Assembly: GCA_026126205.1 (NCBI GenBank)
Contig: JAHCJP010000008.1
Coordinates: forward strand, 56,391 to 120,390
Direction of reading: 5' to 3'
Origin: Maricaulaceae bacterium
Lineage (GTDB): Bacteria > Pseudomonadota > Alphaproteobacteria > Caulobacterales > Maricaulaceae
DNA length: 64,000 nt
Both the position numbers and the translations under genes were made by a program. Positions 8,308 through 15,365 of the stretch are shown piece after piece (positions within the stretch are counted from its first letter, which is position 1; each line of letters starts with the position of its first letter). The notes below the pieces were generated by a model. The model made no database searches. It saw nothing but the letters and a program-made list of their open reading frames with translations, and was not told where the DNA came from.

Positions 8308-8940
8308 ATGGCTCGTTATGTCGCATATTTCAGGGTGTCGACGGAGAAGCAGGGAAAGTCGGGCCTCGGTCTGGCCGCCCAGCGTTCGTTGATCGAACGG
8401 TTCGTGTCCGATGGTGACGAGGTCGTTGCTGAATACGTCGAGGTGCAATCGGGCAAAAATGACGAGCGGATTGAGCTTTGGAAGGCGATCCACCACGCAA
8501 AGCGGACCGATGCAAAGCTGCTGATTGCGAAACTGGATCGATTTTCACGAAAGGTCAGCTTCATCGCCTCGATCATGGAGCAGGGAATCGGGTTGGTCGT
8601 GGCCGAGATGCCAAACGCAACGGATTTCCAACTGCACATCTTCGCCGCCCTCGCACAGGAAGAGCGTCGGTTGATTTCCGAACGGACCCGCAATGCCCTG
8701 ACCGAAGCGAAGAAGCGGGGCGTGGTTCTGGGGAAGAATGGCAAGGTTCTGGCGGAGCGAAACCGCAAGGCCGCTGATGAACGCGCGGAAGCGCTGCGCC
8801 CCACCGTTATTCCGATGGTTGAACAGGGGCTGTCGATCAGTGGGATCGCCCGCCGCCTGAACATGGAAGGGATCAGGACAGCACGGGGGAGCAGGTTCTA
8901 CCCGCAACAGGTCTCCGACATGATCCGTCGTATGGGATAG
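8308..8940 (+). CDS. Serine recombinase (resolvase/invertase family)
   Basis: MARYVAYFRVSTEKQ carries the catalytic Ser motif. The resolvase core reads LLIAKLDRFSR and the C-terminal HTH reads GLSISGIARRLNMEGIRT. The internal ATG at 8308 was chosen over the track start at 8290. Confidence 0.9.
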   Translation: MARYVAYFRVSTEKQGKSGLGLAAQRSLIERFVSDGDEVVAEYVEVQSGKNDERIELWKAIHHAKRTDAKLLIAKLDRFSRKVSFIASIMEQGIGLVVAEMPNATDFQLHIFAALAQEERRLISERTRNALTEAKKRGVVLGKNGKVLAERNRKAADERAEALRPTVIPMVEQGLSISGIARRLNMEGIRTARGSRFYPQQVSDMIRRMG

Positions 8941-8941
8941 G

Positions 8942-8967
8942 AAAAAGGGGGCTTCCGCCCCCTTTTT
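8942..8967. terminator. Bidirectional rho-independent terminator between convergent genes
   Basis: AAAAA-GGGGGC-ttcc-GCCCCC-TTTTT is a perfect 6-bp GC stem. An A-tract lies upstream and a T-tract downstream. It sits between the recombinase stop (8940) and the stop of the minus-strand gene (8991). Confidence 0.75.
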
Positions 8968-8990
8968 GGTTCACCCGTGCGCTGATGCTG

Positions 8991-9362
8991 TCATTTTGCG
9001 GCTTTGACGAATTTCTGACGGATATCCGCCGCCGCCTTGGTCAGTTGATCGTCGAAATCGCCTTTCAGGACCATTCCCCTGACCGTACACAGCGCCGCCT
9101 CAACGATGTCGAGGTCAGCGCACTGGATCGAGAACATCCCCTTCTTGAGTTCAATCGGTTGGCGCCCGTATTTGATTGGGAGGAAGTACGTTCCCGCTTC
9201 ATCCATCCAGACCCAGGCAGCGCGAGGCTGTGCGCCCTCGATCATCTGGCGGACATAACTGATTTGCTGGTCGATACTGCGGACCAGTTTATGGCGGCGC
9301 TGGACGTTGGCGGACGCCTTGTCGGGGCGGGTGGTGGAGGCGAACTTGAGTTCCATCGACAT
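8991..9362 (-). CDS. Hypothetical protein encoded directly downstream of the integrase
   Basis: The ORF track gives 8991-9530, but that N-terminal extension overlaps the integrase 3' end. MSMELKF at 9362 starts 58 nt after the integrase stop. I recognise no motif in it. Confidence 0.55.
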   Translation of the reverse strand: MSMELKFASTTRPDKASANVQRRHKLVRSIDQQISYVRQMIEGAQPRAAWVWMDEAGTYFLPIKYGRQPIELKKGMFSIQCADLDIVEAALCTVRGMVLKGDFDDQLTKAAADIRQKFVKAAK

Positions 9363-9420
9363 ATCTCCGTGGTTGATATGTCGGGCGTCCCGCCATTCGA
9401 ATTTAAGGTCCACGGGGTTA

Positions 9421-10647
9421 TTACTGACCACCGAACTGCTGGAGGTTGATCGCCATCTCACGGCTGAGAGGGAGATTGCGGGCGTAAAACCGCTCGATCT
9501 GCTCAACCGAGGTTCCAGCGTTCTTCGCAAGATTGTAGATGTTCACCTGCCCGTGTGACAGGATCAAGCGCATGCAGATCGCTGTGTGGCGGAGGGAATA
9601 GATCGTATACTTGAGTCCTGCCTCTGGGTCATTCTTGACACCAGCCCTTTTCAAGACTTCCCGAAACTGGCGCTGCACGATCTTCGAGACTGTCTCACGA
9701 TTGGGATAGTCGGGAAAGAACAGGTAATTGCTAGGCTTGGCGTTGGGGTTGCGGCCTTTGATCCGCTGATAGACACCGACCGCTGCGGGCATCGTGTTGG
9801 CGACCCTGAATCCTGTCTTGCCGTTGCGAATGGTCAGCAGCAACCGCTTGGGATCTTCCGCAACGGCCACTTCATCATGCTTGAGGGCGTAAATTTCTGA
9901 GATGATCGGGCGAACGAACGAATGCGTGACGAACAAAATAAGATCATACAGTTCATCGGTCACGGGAACGCCGCGGACGAGCACATTTTCTCTCGCCATG
10001 GCCTTGGCGGCTCGAAGGACCGCTTGATAGGCGTCGTCCTCTTCCGCCACCAACGGGTGAAACGGGAGATAGGAACGAGGCGTGTCCTTCTGGCGGGTTC
10101 TCGGTGTCGCAGGGACGATATCGATTACGCCATCATCCCGAGCCACCTTCAGCACGTTGCGGAAAGTGGCTGTCAGCATATTGCGGGTTGAGGTCGAAAG
10201 ATCAGGGCGCTGCTTGGACAGTTTGTCCATGAACTCCTGATAGTCTCGGGTTTTCAGATCCCGAATATCCTTATGTCCGAATGCTTTGATCAAACCCCAT
10301 TCAGCGTTGTTCAGAAACAGCTGGGTGTTGCGGGCATAGTTGGCGTTGCGCTCACCGTTTTCGACAAGCCGCTGCCCTTTGCTGATCAACCTCGTTGCGT
10401 AATGGCGGAAGCTGAATTCGCGCTCAACACGCTTCTCAGCCCCGAGCAGTTCAAATGCCAACTCCCTTGCCACCTGCTTGGCTTTGACCCGTGATGTTTC
10501 TTGGGTTGAGCATACAATATACCGCCTGATACGAGGATCGCGGATGCGGGCTTGCCAATAGGGGCTAGCTCTGACTTTATAAATCGCCAATCCGCGATGT
10601 ATCGTGATGATCTTGCCATCGAGGGCGTTTTTGGATTTAGTTGGCAT
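9421..10647 (-). CDS. int: Tyrosine recombinase / phage-type integrase
   Basis: The C-terminal catalytic region has YSLRHTAICMRL (HxxR box) and SVEQIERFYARNL (catalytic Tyr). The N-terminal arm/core-binding region is about 150 aa. The gene is adjacent to the tRNA-derived att sequence. Confidence 0.9.
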   Translation of the reverse strand: MPTKSKNALDGKIITIHRGLAIYKVRASPYWQARIRDPRIRRYIVCSTQETSRVKAKQVARELAFELLGAEKRVEREFSFRHYATRLISKGQRLVENGERNANYARNTQLFLNNAEWGLIKAFGHKDIRDLKTRDYQEFMDKLSKQRPDLSTSTRNMLTATFRNVLKVARDDGVIDIVPATPRTRQKDTPRSYLPFHPLVAEEDDAYQAVLRAAKAMARENVLVRGVPVTDELYDLILFVTHSFVRPIISEIYALKHDEVAVAEDPKRLLLTIRNGKTGFRVANTMPAAVGVYQRIKGRNPNAKPSNYLFFPDYPNRETVSKIVQRQFREVLKRAGVKNDPEAGLKYTIYSLRHTAICMRLILSHGQVNIYNLAKNAGTSVEQIERFYARNLPLSREMAINLQQFGGQ

Positions 10648-10745
10648 GAGTTCCGCTTAGCCCAAAACAGGTTTTCGGTCAAAAGTTATAAAGTGAAGCT
10701 ATAAAGATATCGATAACCTATTGAAATACAAGGTGACTCTAGCCC

Positions 10746-10790
10746 CTCTTAATCAGCGGGTCCTAGGTTCGAATCCTAGTGGGCGCACCA
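10746..10790 (+). tRNA. 3' half of a tRNA gene (anticodon loop to CCA); probable att site, not an intact tRNA
   Basis: The T-arm is CTAGG-TTCGAAT-CCTAG. The 3' acceptor strand TGGGCGC is followed by discriminator A and an encoded CCA (10788-10790). The loop-like CTCTTAA followed by TCAGC and GGGTC would fit a Lys(CUU)-type anticodon arm. There is no complementary 5' anticodon-stem strand, no D-arm and no 5' acceptor strand (GCGCCCA) upstream. Confidence 0.6.
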
Positions 10791-10815
10791 AGTTTCCCCC
10801 GCCGGAGCGCGAAGC

Positions 10816-11343
10816 ATGAATCTCGACCGGATCAGCGCCGGAGAAAACCCGCCGGATGACGTCAACATGATCGTCGAGGTCCCGCTCGGCGGCGACCCGG
10901 TGAAATACGAGCTGGACAAGGCCTCCGGCGTGCTGGTGGTCGACCGCTTCCTGCACACCGCCATGCGCTATCCGTGCAATTACGGCTTCATCCCCCACAC
11001 GCTGTCCGAAGACGGCGACCCGGCGGACGTGCTGTGCCTCGGCACCTCCGCCCTGATCCCCGGCAGCCTGGTGCGGGTGCGCCCGATCGGCGTGCTGCTG
11101 ATGAAGGACGAAAAGGGGCCGGACGAGAAAATCCTCGCCGCGCCGCACGCCTCGGTGACGTCATATTACGACGCGGTGAAGGACCATACCGACGTGCCCC
11201 CCGCCCTGCTGGCGCGGATCACGCACTTCTTCGAGCACTACAAGGACCTGGAGCCCGGCAAATGGGTGAAGGTCAGCGGCTGGGGCGACGCGGCGCTGGC
11301 GCGGACGATGATCGAAAAGGCCATCGCCGCGGCGAAGGGTTGA
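10816..11343 (+). CDS. ppa: Inorganic pyrophosphatase
   Basis: The sequence [19 protein letters not shown]...[33 protein letters not shown] and the 175-aa length match family I soluble PPases. Confidence 0.95.
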   Translation: MNLDRISAGENPPDDVNMIVEVPLGGDPVKYELDKASGVLVVDRFLHTAMRYPCNYGFIPHTLSEDGDPADVLCLGTSALIPGSLVRVRPIGVLLMKDEKGPDEKILAAPHASVTSYYDAVKDHTDVPPALLARITHFFEHYKDLEPGKWVKVSGWGDAALARTMIEKAIAAAKG

Positions 11344-11386
11344 ACGCGGCCAGCGCTGTAAACCGTCCCTCAGCTTCTTGGCCGAC

Positions 11387-11507
11387 CCCCTCGTCCTTCG
11401 TGGCTCGCCGCCTCTGGCGGCTCGCACCTCAGGATGAGGGGAAGAGCAACAACACCCTCACCCTGAGGAGTCCCGGCCGTCAGGCCGGGCCACGAAGGGC
11501 GAGGGTG
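11387..11507. repeat. Pair of inverted REP-like palindromic units (CCCTCGTCCTTCGTGG...CACCTCAGGATGAGGG type)
   Basis: Unit 1 is 11387-11441 and unit 2 is 11454-11507. The arms of unit 2 are near-exact reverse complements of the arms of unit 1. Each unit encloses its own GC hairpin (GCCGCC-tct-GGCGGC and CCCGGCC-gtca-GGCCGGG). Confidence 0.5.
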
Positions 11508-11522
11508 GCCGATGTTGCACTG

Positions 11523-11550
11523 CCCCCGATCACGCGCGCGTGACCGGGGG
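11523..11550. other. 28-nt near-perfect palindrome (CCCCCGATCACGCGCGCGTGACCGGGGG)
   Basis: One mismatch across 14-nt arms, with a perfect core TCACGCGCGCGTGA at 11530-11543. It lies between ppa and the Vgb-like gene. It is either a terminator-like hairpin or an operator. Confidence 0.4.
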
Positions 11551-11634
11551 CGCTTTGGCGGCGCGGGCCGCGTCCTGTAGGCTGTGCGGATCCGGGCGCC
11601 CCCGCGCCCGCCGAGCAATCGACAGGAGAGACGC

Positions 11635-12645
11635 ATGACGCGCGCCCTTACCGCCGCCTTCGCCGCCCTGCCGCTGGCGCTGACCGGCGCCGCCGCGATG
11701 GCGGACGAGCCGCAGACCATCACCATCGAGGAATGGGACATCCCGTGGGAGAACACCCGCCCGCGCGACCCCTACACCATCGACGCCGAAACGATCTGGT
11801 TCGTCGGCCAGCAGGGGCATTATCTGGCCCATCTCAACGCCGCCACCGGCGAGCTGACCCGCTATGAGCTGCAGCCCGGCGACGGCCCGCACAACCTGAT
11901 CGTCGATGCGGACGGCATTGTCTGGTACGCCGGCAACCGCGCCGCCCATATCGGCCGTTTCGACCCGCAGACGCAGGAATTCGAGCGCATCGCCACGCCG
12001 CAGGACACGGCGCGCGACCCCCACACCCTGGTCTTCGACGCCAACGGCGACATCTGGTTCACCGCGCAGGGCGCCAACTCCATCGGCCGCCTAACGCTGG
12101 AAGGCCGCGGGCTGGACATCATCCCGGTTCCGACCGAGCGTTCCCGCCCCTATGGCATCGACATCGCCCCGGACGGAATGGTCTGGTCGGTGCTGTTCGG
12201 AACCAACAAGCTCGCCGCGGTCGATCCCGAAACGCTGGAGCTGACCGAATACGAAATCCCGCGCGCCGAGGCCCGCCCGCGCCGCCTCGCCATCACCAGC
12301 GACGGCCGCGTCTGGTATGTCGATTACGCCGCCGGCTATCTCGGCGCCTATGACCCGCGGAGCGGCGAATTCGCCGAATGGGCCGCGCCCTCCGGCGCGC
12401 AGTCCCGCCCCTACGCCATGGCCGTGGACGACGAGGACCGCCTCTGGTTCGCCGAAAGCGGCGTGTCGCCGAACCTGTTCGTCGGCTTTGACCCGGCGAC
12501 GGAAAGCTTCTTCTCGGTCACGCCGGTGCCTTCGGGCGGCGGCACGCTGCGCCATATGCAGTATTTCGCGCCGACGGGCGAAATCTGGTTCGGGGCCGAC
12601 ACCCACACCATCGGCCGCGCCATCGTTCAGCCCGGGCGGCGGTGA
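11635..12645 (+). CDS. Secreted beta-propeller protein, virginiamycin B lyase (Vgb)-like repeats
   Basis: The signal peptide is MTRALTAAFAALPLALTGAAAMA. Six to seven repeats follow the pattern GPHNLIVDADGIVWYAG...IGRFDP / DPHTLVFDANGDIWFTA...IGRL. The start is taken at ATG 11635. Confidence 0.7.
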   Translation: MTRALTAAFAALPLALTGAAAMADEPQTITIEEWDIPWENTRPRDPYTIDAETIWFVGQQGHYLAHLNAATGELTRYELQPGDGPHNLIVDADGIVWYAGNRAAHIGRFDPQTQEFERIATPQDTARDPHTLVFDANGDIWFTAQGANSIGRLTLEGRGLDIIPVPTERSRPYGIDIAPDGMVWSVLFGTNKLAAVDPETLELTEYEIPRAEARPRRLAITSDGRVWYVDYAAGYLGAYDPRSGEFAEWAAPSGAQSRPYAMAVDDEDRLWFAESGVSPNLFVGFDPATESFFSVTPVPSGGGTLRHMQYFAPTGEIWFGADTHTIGRAIVQPGRR

Positions 12646-13187
12646 GGCGCATCCTGACCGCCGGGGCGGCGGCGCTGGCGCTGTCCGCTCCGGCGTCCGC
12701 CATGCCGGGCGAGGCCCCCTGGGGCCATTATGGCGGCGCGGCGGGCGGCCCCGGCGCCGCCGACTGCGCCGAGTGTCATTTCGACGCCCCGGCGCGGCGG
12801 CCCTCGGCCTTTATCGAGATCGGCGGCCTGCCCGAACGGGCGCGGGCCGGACGCGCCTATGACCTCACCCTGCGCTTTTCCGCCGCGGCGCGCGTTCGCG
12901 GCTTCCTGATCGGGGCCGAATGCGGCGGCGCGCCCGCCGGCGTTTTCGAGGCGATTGACGGCGCGGTTGAGGCGCAGGGGGCCGAGGCCCGCTCCACCGG
13001 CCATGCCCGCGATACCGGCGGCGACGGCGCCATTGAATGGCGCTTTCGCTGGACGGCGCCGCACGGCGCGGCGGGCGAGGTCGACATCTTCGTCGCCGCC
13101 GTGGCCGGAAACGACGACGATTCCCCGTTCGGCGACGACGTGCACCTGCGCCGTTTCAGCGTGACGGTGACCGGGGAGCAGGAGTAG
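12642..13187 (+). CDS. Putative secreted c-type haem protein (single CXXCH)
   Basis: The signal-like N-terminus is MRRILTAGAAALALSAPASA and a CAECH motif is present. The GTG start overlaps the upstream stop (GTGA), which suggests translational coupling to the propeller gene. Confidence 0.5.
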   Translation: MRRILTAGAAALALSAPASAMPGEAPWGHYGGAAGGPGAADCAECHFDAPARRPSAFIEIGGLPERARAGRAYDLTLRFSAAARVRGFLIGAECGGAPAGVFEAIDGAVEAQGAEARSTGHARDTGGDGAIEWRFRWTAPHGAAGEVDIFVAAVAGNDDDSPFGDDVHLRRFSVTVTGEQE

Positions 13188-13217
13188 TCTCCGCCGCGCG
13201 AAGTCTGCGGGGGCGGC

Positions 13218-13952
13218 ATGAAACTGGCCGGAATGATCGTTCAGGATGTCTGGCGCCTGCTGACCTTCCGCCCGATGGGACCGGGGGTTCGCACCCATTA
13301 CTGGGCCTATCTGGCCTTCGGCCTAGCCGTCACCTGGATCGTCGGGGCCGGCCGCTACTGGGACAATCCGCGCGCCGAACTGTGGCAGCACCTGGGGCTG
13401 GGGTCCGTGGCCTATGTGTTCGCCCTGTCGCTGGTTCTGTGGCTGCTGGTCTGGCCGCTGCGGCCGGAGCGGTGGTCCTACCGCAACGTCCTGCTGTTCG
13501 TAACGCTCACCGCGCCGCCGGCCCTGCTCTACGCAATCCCGGTGGAGCGTTTCATGCCGATGGCGGACGCACGCACGGCCAACATGTGGTTCCTCGCCGT
13601 CGTGGCCGTGTGGCGGGTGGCGCTTTACTGGCGCTTCCTGCGCGTTACGGCGAAACTGCCGCCCGCCGCTTCGCTCACGGCGCTGCTGCTGCCGCTGACC
13701 CTGATCGTGACGGCGCTGACGGCGCTGAATCTCGAACACGCCGTTTTCAACATCATGGCGGGACTATCGGATACCGGCGGCACCTCCGCCGACGCGGCCT
13801 ACCTGGTGGTCATCACCTTGTCCGTGATCTCGCTCATCGGCGCGCCCATCGTCGGCCTGCTCTATCTGGGCCTGATCGCCTCCCGCTGGCGGCAGGCGCG
13901 GGCCAGTGCGGCGGCGGCGGCGTCTGATGATGGACCGCGACAAACCCCCTGA
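13218..13952 (+). CDS. Integral membrane protein, function unknown
   Basis: Several long hydrophobic segments (WAYLAFGLAVTWIVGAG, VAYVFALSLVLWLLVW, LLLPLTLIVTALTAL). Codon usage is strongly GC3-biased and consistent with the host. Confidence 0.6.
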   Translation: MKLAGMIVQDVWRLLTFRPMGPGVRTHYWAYLAFGLAVTWIVGAGRYWDNPRAELWQHLGLGSVAYVFALSLVLWLLVWPLRPERWSYRNVLLFVTLTAPPALLYAIPVERFMPMADARTANMWFLAVVAVWRVALYWRFLRVTAKLPPAASLTALLLPLTLIVTALTALNLEHAVFNIMAGLSDTGGTSADAAYLVVITLSVISLIGAPIVGLLYLGLIASRWRQARASAAAAASDDGPRQTP

Positions 13953-13956
13953 CACC

Positions 13957-14150
13957 GTCATTCCGTGCGCGCTGCAGCATGCAATGCTGCTGCGCAGACA
14001 CGGAACCCGCCGCAGGGCGCGCACGGGAACTTGCGGGGATCGCTGACACGCGACCGGCTTGCAAAGCGATTCCCGCAAGCGTCTTCCTCGCCGCGGCAGG
14101 TTCCGGTTCAGCGGCGCAGCATCGGGATGCTGCACCGCGCCCGGAATGAC
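13957..14150. repeat. Two inverted copies of a roughly 50-nt hairpin repeat (GTCATTCCG...GCAGCAT-loop-ATGCTGC...CGGAA) flanking a third inverted repeat
   Basis: Copy A is 13957-14006 and copy B is 14101-14150. The reverse complement of B aligns with A with few mismatches. Between them, CTTGCGGG (14030-14037) pairs with CCCGCAAG (14072-14079). Confidence 0.5.
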
Positions 14151-14335
14151 GGGGAAGGGACGTAAGCTTGACGCGCCCCTTTCTGCGCCCGGGGGAGGGT
14201 GAGACGGTAACGCGGCTGGGAAGGCGCGGTAAAGGAACGTTCCCGTCATCGGCGCCCCCACCCCCGCTTTAGCGTTTGACCGGCGGGCGGGCGCGCGCTC
14301 CAATGCCGCAACGCAGCAAGGGGGAGGCGCCGCCG

Positions 14336-15247
14336 ATGCCGGAGGCGGAGAAGATCTGGATGGACGGCGGCCTGCGCCCCTGGGGCGAGGCCAATGTGCA
14401 TGTGATGACCCATGCGCTGCATTACGGTTCGTCGGTGTTCGAGGGGCTTCGCGCCTATGACACGCCGGGCGGAACCGCGATCTTCCGCCTGCGCGAGCAT
14501 GTCGAGCGGCTGTTCTATTCGGCGAAGGTGTATCGCATGGCGATCCCCTACACGCCGGACCAGGTGATGGACGCCTGCCGCGCCGCGGTGCGCGAGAACG
14601 GCCTGAAGGCCGCCTATATCCGCCCCATCGTGTTCCGCGGCGCCGGGCCGGCCGGCGTGGCCGCGCGCAGCGGCCCGATCCACACCGTGGTCGCCGCCTT
14701 CGAATGGGGCGCGTATCTGGGCGAGGCGGCGCAAAAGGAAGGCGTGGACGCCTGTATCTCGAGCTGGCGGCGGCTGGCCCCGAACACCATGCCGCCGGGC
14801 GTGAAGGCGGGGGGCAATTACCTCTCCAGCCAGCTCATCGCCTGGGAGGCCAAGGACAACGGCTTTCACGAGGGCATCGGCCTCGGCGCCGACGGCCATG
14901 TCAGCGAGGGGTCGGGCGAGAACCTGTTCCTGGTGATGAACGGCCGCCTGGTCACGCCGCCCGCCGCCGCCTCGATCCTGAAGGGCATAACCCGCGACGC
15001 GGTGATCCGCCTCGCCGCCGGCATGGGGATAGAGACCGTCGAGCAGGCGATCCCGCGCGAGGCGCTGTACGCCGCCGACGAGATGTTCTTCACCGGAACG
15101 GCGGTGGAGATCACCCCGGTGCGCTCCATCGACCGCCTGCCGGTCGGGAATGGAAAGCGGCCGGTGACCGGAAAAATCCAGCAGGCGTTTTTCGGGCTGT
15201 TCGACGGCTCGGCGAAGGACGAACATGGCTGGCTGACGCCGGTGTGA
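14336..15247 (+). CDS. ilvE: Branched-chain amino acid aminotransferase
   Basis: KIWMDGGLRPWGEANVHVMTHALHYGSSVFEGLRAY...FRLREHVERL is typical of class IV aminotransferases. GGGGAGG lies 8 nt upstream of ATG 14336. Confidence 0.9.
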   Translation: MPEAEKIWMDGGLRPWGEANVHVMTHALHYGSSVFEGLRAYDTPGGTAIFRLREHVERLFYSAKVYRMAIPYTPDQVMDACRAAVRENGLKAAYIRPIVFRGAGPAGVAARSGPIHTVVAAFEWGAYLGEAAQKEGVDACISSWRRLAPNTMPPGVKAGGNYLSSQLIAWEAKDNGFHEGIGLGADGHVSEGSGENLFLVMNGRLVTPPAAASILKGITRDAVIRLAAGMGIETVEQAIPREALYAADEMFFTGTAVEITPVRSIDRLPVGNGKRPVTGKIQQAFFGLFDGSAKDEHGWLTPV

Positions 15248-15365
15248 CGCCGCGCGGCGCGCGCCGGGTAAGCCAGAGATGATCCAGGAGGGCGCCAGGG
15301 GGCGCCGCAATGACCATGAAAACACCGCAGAAGGTTATGACAAACACCATCCATGGAGGCGCCGG

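Larger units (their letters stand above)
1..10790. mobile_element. Right-hand portion of a tRNA-integrated genomic island carrying a family-B DNA polymerase (pipolin-like element); the left end lies outside the window
   Basis: Abrupt compositional change at about 10.75-10.80 kb. To the left there are mixed codon third positions and AT-rich intergenic tracts. To the right nearly every codon ends in G/C. Gene content is typical of a mobile element: PolB, HUH Rep-like, RHH, an RM-like module, a serine recombinase and a tyrosine integrase. The island ends at a tRNA 3' half (10746-10790), directly followed by the housekeeping gene ppa. Confidence 0.65.

Noticed and set aside
8991-9530. Full-length 179-aa version of the ORF downstream of int
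   Set aside because: The first 56 codons overlap the 3' end of the integrase gene in another frame. The internal start at 9362 gives a non-overlapping gene.
10714-10790. A complete tRNA gene ending at the CCA at 10790
   Set aside because: The T-arm, acceptor 3' strand and a possible anticodon loop are present. The upstream 35 nt contain no strand complementary to TGGGCGC, no D-arm and no 5' anticodon-stem strand. The sequence is therefore treated as a tRNA 3' half (att remnant).
14246-15325. 359-aa minus-strand ORF
   Set aside because: It is antisense to ilvE. It is a shadow ORF.
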